Positions 13,376-28,300 are shown, numbered from the whole stretch's first letter. The stretch is DNA of 60,270 nucleotides, filler included, from Bipalium vagum (GCA_037834085.1; 3 parts of 3 records of this genome joined end to end with filler, not necessarily neighbours in it); one strand, 5' to 3'. Translations and numbers: made by a program. Notes: generated by a model from the letters alone, not told the origin.

Positions 13376-14571
13376 TACGTGGTTCGTTCAATAGTGCCTC
13401 GGACTGACTAAGAAAAACACATTGAACACTTACACGTATCTTTGCTTATATACATAAATTAAATAATCTGATTGACTGACGTATAATTCATAAACTTACA
13501 TTTCATTTTTTGTCAAATGGATGAGGTGGAATACAGAAGTGTGATAAAATTCTGTGCTTTTAAAGAAGTCGTCTGATGTAATATTTCGTGATATGGCAAT
13601 TGCATATGACAAATGTCCTTCTAGATCCACAATATATCGTTGGATATCATTTATCAAGCATGGCAGTGAAAGTGTGTACCAAGATTATTCCAATGTTGGC
13701 AGACCAACTGAAATTTCTGATCAGAAAATTTCGCAATGTGAGGCGTAAGCTGAAAGACGAATTAAGGTGGTGTGAAATTGCTGAATTACTTAAAGCAACT
13801 GCCAGGGCAGTTGTCACAAAATCATTGGGAAATTAGGCTATCGCAAATGATGCTCACGATTTGTTCCAAAGTTTCTGTCTCCTGGCATGAAGGAAATGCG
13901 CCTCAACTGCAAATTGTCAAATTTGCAACTGTTGAATCAATACTGTGATGCATTTATTAATAATATTGTTACTGAAAATGAGACACCTTTTTCTTTATAT
14001 TTACCTGAAACCAAACGGGAATCATCTGAATGGAGACATGTAGAAGAGAAACCTCCTCTGAAGATTAGAGGTGGCTCAATAAATGGTAAATTCTATGCCA
14101 AATTGGTTGAGGAATGCCGTGCAAAAAAACGGAAATCAAGAAATGTCCACTTTGGCTCCTTGTTGATAATGCTCCTGTCCATGCAAGAAATGTTCCACGA
14201 TGTTAAACAGAAAAGAGTGGTTTTGCACTTCTTCAACATCCACCTTACAGCCCGAATCTTGCTCTGAGCGATTTTTTGTTGTTCAAGCATCTGAAGAAAG
14301 CACTATGTGGCCATCATTTTGAGACATCAGATTCACTCCAGCATTTTTGTTGAACAGTTGTTTGCAGAGGTTCCTGGACATTTTTATGCGGATGTATTTA
14401 AAGATTTGGTTATTCGATGGAATAAGCTGGTTGTTGCCAATGGTAGTTATATAGAAAAATAATTAAATATGTTTTTGGAACTAGTACTTCATGTAGTTCA
14501 TTAAAAGTTGTTTCAGTTTTTTGTGTGGTTTTTTCTTAGTTAGTCCGAGGTATTATTGAAATAACCACGTA
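13376..14571 (+). mobile_element. Near full-length mariner transposon (irritans-like), transposase pseudogenised
   Basis: TA-flanked imperfect ~40-bp TIRs (CGTGGTTCGTTCAATAGTGCCTCGGACTGACTAAGAAAAA / TTTTTCTTAGTTAGTCCGAGGTATTATTGAAATAACCACG). Frameshifted transposase from the ATG at 13518: MDEVEYRSVIKF, PSRSTIYRW, GRP, FVPKFLS, IVTENET, DNAPVH, HPPYSPNLALSDF. Confidence 0.93.
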
Positions 14572-15723
14572 TTTATTAATTCTCCATTAAGCCTTATAGG
14601 GCAATGGTTTTTTAAACAGCCAAGATGTTGAAGAAAAACCTTGTTAAGCATACTTATCATGAGTAATTTTATTTTATTCTTACTATTTTTAAAAATCAAA
14701 AGGATGAAAACCCAACTCATACGTAATCTTCTTATAAGTTCCATTCCAAACCTTAGCTCTCAAAATTCTAAATGTAAAATAGATATTTACTTAAAGCTTT
14801 ATGTTACTTGAAGAATTATTGTACCACTTTTAAATTAAATTTGTAGTTGGAAATCAAAGATAATTGTTTTGTAGTCTTCACTTTACGTAAATGTCAACAT
14901 CCTCAAATAACGTTAGTAAATTATTAAGAATCGCATATGTACACAGCTTGTTTATTGCATTATTCATAGACATGATAAAAAAATATATAAAAAACTTCTA
15001 ATAATGATAAGCCTCTCGTTGATAGGCCATTCTTTATGAACATGTCAGTAGTTAATGTCCTAAAAACAGTAATTAAATTCTTAAGCAAATCATGATACAT
15101 GAACACATAAAATGTTCACGGCTTGCTATTGTGAACGACTATGAACGATAGCTATTCGTCCGTATCTTTATAGTGTCATATACATGATTCGATGTTTAAG
15201 AAAAATTTATTTTGTCCTCCTAACAATAATAGTTATATGCTGATACCCAGCGAATGCGTATTATGAATTTCAACCACGACTAGAATTTTTTTTTGATTAA
15301 CAGGTTTTAATTTGGATAATATAACATACATTTCAATTATTTACTAATCTTTTGAACTTCTAAGCCAAGTGTGCCTATTGAAATAAGTAATATAAAACGT
15401 ATTCCATATTTTCCACAGAATTGCTGGCATGTTTTGTTTATAATTGGACTTTTCACTGGTTATGTAATCTAAGAAAAGTCATGAATTACTATTATATAAT
15501 AATTTTATTTAAATTTTCCATCGATTTTTCCTTTTAAAGAGATTTTTAACATTTAATTATAAATATAAATTAATAATTGATTTAATAATTTAATTTTCGA
15601 AAATTTATAAATATTGTTTTTCAATCAATAAATTAAATGCACATTTACATTTGATAAAGAAATCAATTTTAGAATAATAATATTATTTTGTCATAAAATT
15701 AGAAAAATGATATACGATAATAA

Positions 15724-15792
<69 letters not shown>
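15724..15792. repeat. (ATT)n microsatellite abutting a gap
   Basis: Direct reading. Confidence 0.95.
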
Positions 15793-15892
15793 NNNNNNNN
15801 NNNNNNNNNNNNNNNNNNNNNNNNNNNNNNNNNNNNTTAATTAATTAANNNNNNNNNNNNNNNNNNNNNNNNNNNNNNNNNNNNNNNNNNNN
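15793..15892. other. Assembly gap with six-frame stop linker (44 N + TTAATTAATTAA + 44 N)
   Basis: 100-nt artificial spacer. Confidence 0.95.
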
Positions 15893-15894
15893 AA

Positions 15895-17050
15895 GCTCAT
15901 TAGAAAAGTATAGGCTTTTTTGAATATTCGAAAAAAAGTGAAAAAAGTCAACACCTTAATATATATATAAATATGATCTTTCCTTTTGTATTTATAAAAA
16001 AATCGATCTAAACCATTTTATGATCAAAACAGAAAAGAAAGATACCTGAATTTTTAAATGTTATGAATGCAAAAAATTGATTGAATGCTCTGCTGAAAGC
16101 CCAAAAATGAACAAAGGAGCAATTAGAGAAAAGGCAACCCGTGGATAGATTGCAAATTTTAAAGCTGATGTCATTGTTCATGGTAATAATTAGAGAAGCT
16201 GCGTACTGGAAATGTATATTCCAAGAAAAAATGATGAAAATGTTAATGATTGAATACACTAATAAAATGATTATAGCAAAATTAAAATGCTCTTATTTTC
16301 TACATGTAATTACAGTTGTTAAAGTTGGATGTAGTGAGACTGGAAGATATCTTCGCAAAAAATGTGCTTTTGAATTTTATTCACACAAAATCTATTCTGA
16401 AGGATATTTTAAGACATCTTCACAAGTTCTGGAATGATGTTCAGAAATCTAAAACTAAATCAATCGAATTTATGAATCATTTCATAACCATGGACGAAAC
16501 TTGGATTTTCCACCATGGTTTTAAATTGAAATCAGAACGTCTACAGTGAAATGAAGCTGAAGTGTTCATTTCAAAAGCAGCTGAAAACAGAAAAAAATGT
16601 AAAAATCTGATACCAAAGGTATCGTACATATAGATTACGTTGAAAAAGTCAAAAGTATTAATAGTATAACTGAATAATATACAAAGCTATTAGATCAGTT
16701 GGATACAAGCATTAGAAAACAGGCCTGGTTTACAGAAAAAAACGTTTTCAATCAAGATAATGCACGTACTCACTAAAGTGTTTGGTGAATGGCACAACTC
16801 AAAATTAAATATCACCCTATTCATCATATATTATGATTCGTATGATATAAAATAATTTTACCCGGGAAACATTTTCATCTCATGAAGAAACTATAGCAGT
16901 CGTAGACTAGTATTTGCTGACCTTCCGGAATCGCATTTCAAACATGACAGACTTATTGCACAAGTGTACTTAGTGTGCTGAATAGTGGGAGACTGTTCAA
17001 TTTACATTTCAACGTTTCATTTTTCCTTTGATAACTTTTCATACAACAAA
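15895..17050 (+). mobile_element. Decayed mariner (Himar1/irritans-like)
   Basis: Fragments FITMDETWIFHH, KGIVHIDYVEK, KLLDQLD, FNQDNARTH, with many stops and frameshifts. Confidence 0.8.
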
Positions 17051-17904
17051 TATTTTCAAATGGCTTTAGATGACCAAATATCTTTATATTTTAAATCTTA
17101 GTTGCCAAAAATATAGCTGCTTACTGCTTTAACGTGAAACATGGTTACCTTAAGTTCTTATTAGAAAAATTTGACTTTATAAACCAATCTTTTGAGTTTG
17201 AAATGGAATCTTTATAGGAACGAATCGTTTCTGTTTAAATATATGATTCAAACTTAATGTAGCAAAAAAATTGTACATACCCTAATATTAAGTCATAATA
17301 ATTTTCAAAAATAATTTATAAATTATCAGTTAATTAGTAATTAAATTAATTTATTTAAACGAGTATTTGTCACCAAGTTTTGGTATTCTGGAAATATAAA
17401 AGTCCACAAGTTTTTCCTAACTTTTTTTACTCTTACTTTTTGAAAAAAATCTCTACCATTCTAAACCAATTATTATTTATTATTTTTTGTTTATATAATT
17501 GAAAACAAAATCTCCGATAATCATTTTAAAATCAATAAAATTGATTTAATTGAAATTTCAATATTTAATTTATAATTTGATCCTCTTAAATAGATATAAG
17601 CTTTTAATCGTATATAAAAATAAATATACATATATTAAATTACTATATTTCTCTGAATTAAATGATTTGTAAATTGATGGAAAATTACAAACTAATTTGT
17701 AAGACATTAAAATATTAGGTTGGTGGAAAAATAAAAAGCATTAAAAAAACTAAGCATTAAAACTAAAAACTAAAAACTAAAGCATTTTTTAACTAAACAA
17801 TTCACTTTTTAAAATCTAATTGATATTCTTAGTAATATTCACTTGTTTAAGAGCATTAATTAAATAATAATTTAAAGTAAAATTTAAATATTTCATAATT
17901 TTTT

Positions 17905-18040
17905 TTAGAAATGAAAACTATGCGTTTTAGATGTCGAAAAAGGATTTCCGTAAAATATATTTTTATGAGTTCAAGCTAGGCAGAAGCGTTGCGGAAACAG
18001 CACGAAATATTAATGCAATACAGGGCATAGGAATAAAAAC
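17905..18040 (+). mobile_element. Mariner 5' fragment (cecropia/Hsmar1-like)
   Basis: FRKIYFYEFKLGRSVAETARNINAI, the typical mariner N-terminal HTH. Confidence 0.75.
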
Positions 18041-19331
18041 ATGATTAATTTTTTAAAATTTAATTTAATTTTTAATTGATTTCTATTAACTGAAAACGTT
18101 TTCATTTTGACTCTTTATTAACCTTATTTTGACTCGATCATATTACTAAAATGTTTCCAATAAATTGATTCAAAGATCTTGTTGTAGAAATTGGGAAAAC
18201 TTTAATATCTTTCATATATTGAGACATTTTTTCTGGAAAAGTCTGAAAGTTCATATTGAAAGATATTTTCGGAACCAATATTGAAAATTACTTTATTCGT
18301 TGATAATCATTTACTCTTGCACTTTATTATATATATTATTAATTTTTCTATTATCATTGTTGATTTTTGCTCTGGTTAAAGAAGAAAATTGTCAAACTTG
18401 ACAGTTTTTTGACATATTTAAAGAAATTAAAATAAATTGTGGTGCCATAATAATAATAATATTATTAAATGTATCCATATTAAACATATCAAAATATTAA
18501 GAAGTGTTTTTGCCGTTTGCTATGATGAAAAGATATTTATTTATTTATCTGGAATAAATAAAGTCAGTTTAATTTTAAAATTTAAATTTTTCATAAAATT
18601 ATTAATTGTGCTTTTCGGAATTTTATTGTCAAATATTTTTATTATGATATGCGTAGCTGTAAAGATATAAAGAATAAAAGTATAATAATACTTAATATTC
18701 TATTAATATTATTTATCTTCATTTAGTTTTATTTTTCTTATATTTTATTTAAAATTTTTATTCTTTTAATATATTGAGTATATTGAATTAATTAAAAATT
18801 TCTTATCCTTAAAATATATTACTGTGTTATCATCTGTAATATAAAGATAAGATCAATATGTAAAAAATATATTTTTCATGTAATTGCGATTATTAAAACA
18901 AGCCTAAAAATGGATTTCACCTATTTTTCTATTATTTAAATTATTTAATTTACAAAAATTTACCAATATTTATTGTCGTGTTTTTATGTACAATTTATAC
19001 ATTAAAATTTTAACAAAAATCTAATAATCGATAAAATTGTAACTTATAAAAATTTAATTATCCCTAACTTAGGTGTGAGGACCTTAATTAAAAATATTAT
19101 CCAAACCAATTGTTTGAATTACTCATTATCATAATGAAAAAATAGTTATTATTTTTAAAAAATTAAAAGAACATAATAATCACATTTTTCATGATTAAAC
19201 TAATATTAGACATTCTATTTGTTATATTTTACTGTAAATAACGGATATTCCTTAAGTATTCATTGGTTTCAGTAAAGTTTATCATGTAAAAATATTTATT
19301 TTATAATCAGTATTTTCCTCACAACATTCAG

Positions 19332-22300
19332 AACTTGGATGGTAATCCGAATTTGAATCTTGAAACGTTAATGGATTTGTCGTCTTTCCTCAGAACCATT
19401 GAATCAAACATCATATCCAGCTTCAATAACAGATTACGAAATTCAAAGACTACCCATGTTTCTGATATTAATGGACTCATTTCCCACAACCACAATTCCA
19501 TTGGAAATAAATCCATTTTAAACAGCTTCTCTACAGCAAATGATACTTTCAAATCCTCAGTCATTTCACCCATCAAAACCTTTGAAGTAACATTTTATAT
19601 CAACCTTTTAAAATCGAGCCAATTATTTTATTAATTTGGTAATTGTACTCGTCAGAATTTTCAGTGAGATATTTAATGTTATTTTGATAGATATTTTTTA
19701 AGTATACATTTATTTTTATATCATAGGGGAATGTATGAGGTTATAAAAAAGAAATCATGGGAGAGATCAGTTTAATAGTTCTCATACTAAAAGGAAAAGG
19801 AAAATAATTAAGATTTTACGAGAGTATGGAGAGTGTGGAAATAATAAATTATATTTCTAGTAATACAAAAAATGAGTAGAATCAAAACCATTTTTAATAA
19901 AATCAGAACTTAAGTTATTTGATGTTATATTTTATAAAATTTTTAAGAACACATTTTTCATTCATTAAATAGTTTCCCATAACAATTAACAATCATTCAG
20001 GTAGTTGTAATGCACTTTCAATATCCCTCACCCTTATATGATTTGTCATTCAGAAAATATTAGTGACCGGAATATATGAAAATCTGATGGATCAATATGT
20101 ACGGTATATTTGGTAGGTCTTTTCAGTCGTGTAGTCACTGCAGCATGTGAGGGGTGTTATTGTGCTGCAGAAAATGTAAGGGTTTGGTATGATGATTCAG
20201 AATATTTTTCCTAAAATTGAGAAAAATAATTTGATTCTCCAAATAAAATCTGACCTAAAAAAATAATTTAATATATTTTAAAGAAAAATCAGAGATATTT
20301 TGTTTTTCAAATCTCAAAATTATTTTAATGTTCACAAAAACCCATGGGAAATTGAAAATCATTAAACAAAAGAATCTTTTGAAAATGGTAAGAATAAATA
20401 ATCTCTTTAGGCCTAATTTTTTTGATCAAACATACTCAATTTTAAAATTTATTGTTTTAATTTATTAAAATTAATAGAAATTAAACAATTCCCTTTTTCG
20501 AATGAAATAATAATTAATTTTTACATCAATTAAAAACATACAAAATTAAATTTATTGTTTAAATCAATTAGAATGAATTAGGCACATCATAAGTAAGTCG
20601 AAAAGTGATGTTTAACTGAAATTCTGTTAATTATAAAACGATGAGAAAAACTGTGGTTCTATGCCCCAAAATTTTTATTAATTTTAACAATAATAATGAT
20701 TATTATTATTGATTTATTTATGATAAATAGGTTAATCACTAATTAATATTAGGCCAGGCCGATCTTTGTCTGTGATGCTACAGAGATCCGATCTGATATT
20801 TTTATACATATGTAAATATTTATTCAATGATTTGAATATTTATTTTATATGAATTAATTATTTTATTTCACTAATAGTTCATTTGTCACTTTTGTATCAT
20901 AATTTCCATAAAGAATCTTTCATATAGAAAAAAGCGGAATATTTTCCAAGTTCCGAAATTCGCAAAGAGAAATAAAAATATTGAAAACGATGTTTTCAAT
21001 ATAATTTATTGTTGGGTTACAGATTAAAAAATTATATTGCGTGTTTCTGGTATACGTTTATTGTTATAATTTTTTTGTGTAATTTTATATTTTAAATATC
21101 AAATTCTTTTAGTGAATAAATTTTACCATTTTTTATTACTCAATTTTTAAAGCTCTCTTTACGATAATTCTTATTTTGTTTTAGAATTTAATAATTATAC
21201 TTTTGAATATTATAAATAGAATATAAATATGACTGTAATATAAATATAATTGGTTGTCAAACATGACATTTGTGGTTATTAATATTGCCAACTTTAATAG
21301 CTAAACATTTGTCATCGGCTTAATACTTTATTATTCAGCTTATTGTGTTCTTCATTTACATATTTCTCTTGTTTGAAATAATCTTTTTAAGCTGAAAAAA
21401 TATTAACCAATTATTTTAAATAATCTATTTTATTTAAAATGGATGTGAAATTATGAAGTTTGAGTTTTTATGCAACATCACTGCAACATAGATCGTTCGA
21501 AACATTAGTGGTGTAATTGGCTGCAGTGTTGATAAAAAGCAAATAAAATCAATTTGATTCATCAAATTTCGTGCAGATAATATTTACCTCAGAGGTCAGT
21601 AATAATGAATTAATGATCACCGTTGAAGCAACCTTATCTCAGAATGCTTATGAATTATTGGTGAAATTTGATGTCAGCAAAATGACAATGCTATATCATT
21701 TTGCTCAAATAGGAAAGATGAAATAAAAGATAAATGGATTTTAAATGAACTCCTTGAAAAATAAAACAAACACGTTTGCAAGCTTGCTTGATGTTGCTTT
21801 TTCGTCTCAAATATAATCTTTTTTGTATCTAATTTTCAATTTTGACCAAAAATGAATCAGATATGAATATCACAAACTTTGAGCACAATGGTTGGACAAA
21901 GATGAAACACGGAAGCACTTCCCGAAGCTTTTAGTGAGTATTTTGTGATCTAACGTATTTGTGATTCATTACAAGATCATCAAACTGGGACTATTGATCA
22001 CAGCTGAAATATATATTTAAATATTTAACTGGAAAAAAAATTCAAAAATATAAAGAAAAAAACCAAGATTAGTCAATAGATCTACACACTTACAGAAATT
22101 TGAATTGGAACATCTTAATCACCGTCCGCACTCACCAAATGTAGCCTTTAATGAATCTCATTTCTTCCTCAATTTAGACAACCTTTTCAAACAATTCAAT
22201 TCCGATAATTATGTTTAACTGGCCTTTCAGGAATTCATTGATCTTAACAAACTGCATCTTAAATGTCAAATGTTAAGACAACATGGGTTCATATTTTGAT

Positions 22301-25300
22301 ATATAACATAAGTCCTTGCATTTATAATTTATCAAAAAACTTAGTATTTCATTTTAGAAATCTCAAATTTGACTTCCGGACAATATGTTTATTTTTTACC
22401 TTTGGATTCAATCACAGCGACATCTAAGGGTTTGGTACAAATATTACTATTTCATATTACGTATTATACTAATTTTATTTTTATAATCATCTTGATTTTC
22501 CTATGTTGATTTGACGGCATTTAAAGATTATCTACCAAAAGACTTTTAAAGTTGTCACGGAAAGTGTTAATAAGTTAATTTTTCTAATTGATCAGTTTAT
22601 AGATCAGGTAAAAATAGTTTTAATTGCAGAATTCAATTATCTCTTTGCTTAAAGCAAAACATAAAACTATATTAAAGAAAATCCATAAAGATTATATATT
22701 TTTTATTCACAATTAAGCTATTTTCCCAAGGAGTAAAATAATACTTTTATTTTTATTCTCTTTAATGTGACTCTTAATTTTAAAAAAATAATTTACTTAT
22801 ATACACTTACCTTCTTTAAGTTATAAATTGAACTGATCCTTTAATAAGAATCAATAGAATTGTTTATGATCATTTTCAATAATTATAATAAATGTTTTAA
22901 ATCATATAAATAATTTTTTGAGCTTTTGAAGTACATCATATAATTCGGATATTACGAAACGCTTATTGCCAAAAAAATTTTAATAGTCCTTTAATAAAAA
23001 AAATTATTATTAAAATAATCTTGTGTAATGACAAAACATTTTTCCATTTAAAATTCTTTTACTTAATACCTGGTTACCGATAACAATAACCGATTTTCGA
23101 ATAACCGGTTTAGATGATGTGTAATTCTTCGTCCTGAGGCTTTTGCCAGTAATTTTTTTTCGTAATACCTTATTTTTTAATATCCGTATTTGACTGTACT
23201 TTACAGACTTTTAGAATAAAACATTAATTAATACAATTTACTAAAAAATTTTTTGTTATACTATTCTCATTATTAATTTTATAACTTATTATTTCCTGAA
23301 TCTTTTTTTCTTTCCAACTCTAAATCTTTAACCATTCAATCTTTAAACGATCTTTTCAACCTTTTAGATAGAGTTCAGTAATGCTCAGTCAAGCATGCTA
23401 CAGGTCATGTGTAAAGTGTCCGTGGATATTTTGCAGTCAAAAGTGAAATTCGATTTGCTTCATACTAAGAAAAAAACGATTTTAAAGCCGATTATCCTCG
23501 ACTGTGATTCAAGTATATTCAATAAGTTTTTTTCATTGATTTAAGAAAATAAATTTTATTTATGGATTGAATAATTAAATAACAGAAATGATTTTTCTTT
23601 AATTAATCTTCACTGAGTTACTTTGGGAATTGTCTCATCAATTGGCCGCAGGCTCAAAAGAGAACAAATGTTTTAGACATTTTCAGATATCACATTCATT
23701 TTTTTTATTCAGAAATCACTTGCTTTCTTTATTAAATACGTTAATAAATGGTTAATTTTATTTATATTGTTTATATATTTGAAATTATAAGCCTTTGTTA
23801 ACTTTCATTTTATCAATCACATATTTTCCAAAAATTTCTTAATTATAAAAACTGGTTTTTTAAAAATTACTTAACAATGGTTGGAAATTGTAAAAAATAA
23901 ATAATTTTAATTAAATAATAAAATATAATAATTTGAGAGGTTAATTAACATCTCTCGATTTATAGTCAGTAAGCCTTAATATTTGAATAATTTATTTATG
24001 ACATCAAAATTCTGAAATTTTTAAACAAATTTAATAAAATTTTTTATTAATATGTTTAAATAATACAAAAAATTCATATTTTATGATTAAATTCTATTAT
24101 TTATATAATTAAAATTATTAAAATATTTTTAAATATCTAAAATATGTTTAAATTATTAAATTTTACAGTATAATGTACCGTGTGTTTAACAATTCATTAT
24201 AAAGTTTTAAATTAAAATATCTTTAGTAATTTAAGAACGATTTATTAATTTTCTTACATGTAGAACAGAGTTCAAAATGTTATTACTAGGTCCTCCAAAA
24301 GTCAATAAAGTAAAAAAAAACTTAACCGTCAAAATAATAACTTAAAGTTAAAATTTTCCATAAAGTTACAAAGTCAATAAAGTCAATATAAAATCAACAT
24401 TATTGTTTTAATAATATCACAAAATATTTTAACTTTAAAAAATGCCTAAAATGCTAAATCAGATTTCATGAAATTGTTAGAAAATTCAGCTCAGAATTCC
24501 CGAAAACTGAAGAAAATAAAATATTTTGTAAATTATGTGAAACGATTGTTTCACATTCTAAGTTTTTTTTCATTGAAAGTCATCAGAATTCGACAAAGCA
24601 CAAAAATGCAATGAAATCAATATCAAAAGGTACAATTCAACAATTTTCGCAAATCCCAAAAGACAAATTTAAAAAAGAAATCGCGCGGGCTTTCGTGTAT
24701 GCAGATATTCCACGGTGGAAATTAAGGCATGAAAGCATTCGAAACGTATTCACTTCGATTGGAAAATTAATTCCAAGTGAGCAATGGTGTAGAACTATTA
24801 TTCCTGAATTATATGATGAAGAAATGATAAAAATGAAGAAGAATTTAGTTGAAGACAAGGAAGTTTTCACGATTATTGATGAATCCGATTTATCAGGTAA
24901 AAAAATGTTAATGTTCTAGTTGGGTTATTGGACATGCCTGAAAAATCTTATTTGGTTGATTGCATCCCTCTTTCAATAGCATCTAATACACAAATTATGA
25001 TAAATATCATTGAAGATACAATTAATCTTTTAGGAATTAATAGAGGAAATTTTATTTTATTAATAAGTGATTCAGCTGGGTACATGACTGGTGCAAGTAA
25101 ACATTACATGTAGTTTTTCCATGTAACTTGTAGAGCGCACTTAATCCATAATTGATGTATGCGAATTCGATAGTTTTACGAAAATGTCGATTATTTAATA
25201 GCAAAAGTTAGAAGCGCAACGTTGAAAAATAAAACGAGATTGAATGATTTCGCAAATATTGGATATCCACCAGAAACAATTATTACAAGATGTTGCAGTT

Positions 25301-28300
25301 GGCTAAAAGCAGCTTTGTACTACTCTAGTAACTTGCCGGATGATAAAAAAATTATAGAAAAAAGGATAGGCGAATGAATATTAGTACAACAGGCAAAATT
25401 AGCAATTAAATGTGACAACTTGAATAATTCATTTGTTGAAATTCAAGAATGCTACTCTCAATTAGCATTTTGCATTAGTAAACTTGAAAGTTTAAAGTAT
25501 TACATGGATGAGGCATTTCAAGCTATTCAAAATTTGAATTTCGGTATAGATCCATGTCAAATTAGGGAATATATGGCAAAAAGACTTGATAACAATGAAA
25601 TGCAAAATATCAAATTGTTCCAGGGCTGAAATATCACCACGAGAATATGTTTTATTGAGAAAATGCTAAAGCACAACATCAGAGGTAGAAAGAAGCTTTT
25701 CTTGTTTGAAAAATATGCTTCAAAAATGGAAAATATTAAGATGTGCTTTTTGTTAAGTTACAACACTTCAAAAAATTGTTATGAATCATGTAATATGAGT
25801 AGTGAATAAATAAATATTGTTCATATTTAATTTTCTTTTGATTTATTTGAATTATAATTTATAAGGGCAATAAAGTCAAAATTTTACAGTTTATAGGTCA
25901 ATTTTTCGTAATTAATAGGTCAAAACGTTAGGTCAATTTCAATGATATTTAGGTCATTTTTTTGGGTGCTCTAGTTATTACATTTAAAGTAATTTGAAAA
26001 ATTGCTCCACATGACCAATAATTTCTTGTAATACTACATTTGTTCTTTTTGCAGTTTCTATAAACAAGCGTCCCGAATTATCATCCTTAATTGAATTAAT
26101 TTCCTTTTTTATATCGGCACATAATTTACAAAAATTTTGAATTTGTTTAAAGTGTGCTGGCTCTCCATCTTGTTTGAAAATTATCTTCGATACCAAGCTT
26201 TATTTTTGTCTAAATGGTCTAAAATAATTCTTCAATATTTCAAGGTAATTTTCTCCAATTACATGTCCATAACAAATTACGGTCCAATGATATAATCTGG
26301 TGATATGGAACACCAAATATTATCTTTTGAAAAGTTATCCTAGTATTTATATACCTCTGTTAGATTTTCAGTTCTCAAAATCCCAAAGATCTACTTTGTG
26401 AACATAACCGTTAAAAAGTGGATTCATAGAAAAAGAATCTTTTTTGAGATAGAGAAAAGGTCTTCAACAGTTTGGATACATCTGTTCAGGTCCTCTTCAT
26501 ACACATATTATTGTACTTGAATTTTATGATTTACTAGATTGGCGAAAAGTCTTAATTTTGGATGAAACGTACATTGTAATGAATCTTGTAAGCAAAAAGA
26601 TTCTCAACAGAAAATCATCAGACTTACCAGTACGCATGTAATACCAACTGTCAAATTTCCTTTGAAAGTTATGTTTTGATCTGATTTATGTAGTAGAAAG
26701 TACAATGAGTACAACTCAGTATTCCGAAAATATAATAAACTGTCAGTTAATTGATTAAGCCAAAGATTGATATAATAATTGGCAATGGATCTATCAAAAA
26801 TATGGCTCACCATATCATACCGCAAAAATCACAATGACATGTCTTAAGAAATATAAAATTACTCTATTATCTTGGGTTCCATCATAACCTGACAAAAATA
26901 TGCGATCCATTCTAAAGAAAAAGATTTGTAATCTCAATTCTACAACAAAAAACGAAGTAATAACTTCTGTCCTCAAAGTTTGGAGTACAAATTCTGAAAT
27001 TGGTGATTTTTGTAAAATGTTGATCGATAGTATGTCCCGTCGACTCAAAGCTTTAATGAGTGCTAAAGATCAACATACTTACTAACATTATCTAAAACAT
27101 TATTACACGTTTATCTGCTTGCTGTTTGTAAATAATGTTGATTGTAGCAGGATGATATAAAATTATAGTGTCCTCATTAATTCCACCCCTAAATCTCTAT
27201 GATCTAATTAGCGTACTTATAAGGTTTATAGCATCGAATAAACGAGGTGAAGAATAATTGTGACAAAATAGTATATCTTAATTTTAATTATTTTTTGTTG
27301 GAAAGTGTTTAATTATCGAAATATAAGTGTTGTAATTACTTAACGTGCTCAAAAATTTTGGATTAATTATTATTATATTTATTAGCAATTAGTTTTGGAT
27401 TTCATTAAAACAATGTTTTATTATGAAATTTTAATACAATCAAACATTTATAATGGAATAAAAACAAAAAGTGCTTTCTGATTCTCATTCACAGAGGAAT
27501 GAGTGACACATTGATTTTTCTGAAATATTCACGTAAATGATAAATCGTCTGACACGCAAAATCTTTTTCCGCTTCTTTTTTTCGATTTCAGCACATTTTT
27601 TATACATTAAATTCGCCTTTCACATTTTACCATATCTATTGGACAATTCCTTGGAAAAAAATAAAAATATATAAAATAAAAAGAATATTTCCGTACATTA
27701 TTGATGTCTCAGCCTGGGATATGAGACATGTGTAATGGACTATTACAGAATGATGAAGTGATTCACGCTCCATTGGTTCTGTGATTCATCTTCAAGTCTG
27801 TAAGCAGGTTATCAAATTTTAAGAGCAATTACCACTTTTTGATAACATTATTCCGATAAAAATTATTTTGTTTGCTTATGCAATTTACTGAGAATCAAAT
27901 TCTTTTTCATTTTATCTCAGACATTGATACTGACGGAGACAGTTCTATTAGATTTTATTTTGTGAAATTAGTCATAACTGGTAACATTAAAATAATAATA
28001 GTAATAATAAAAATAATAATAAGTATGATAAAATTTATATAATTATATGTATAATAATATATAATCTAATATTAATATATAATATACAAATAAGTATAAT
28101 CAAAATAAATAATAGGTATAATAATACTAAATAATAATAATAATAATAATAATACGTGTAATTATTATAATTATTAATTAATTAATTAATACTAACATTA
28201 ATGACATAAAATACAATGAAAGTGAATAAGTCTTTGTAGCGATATACTGCAAAATATAATAAATAATAATAACAACTTTGACAATTAAATTATGAGATAA

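Noticed and set aside
15837-15848. TTAATTAATTAA palindrome, repeated at 43391-43402
   Set aside because: Artificial six-frame stop linker inside N gaps.
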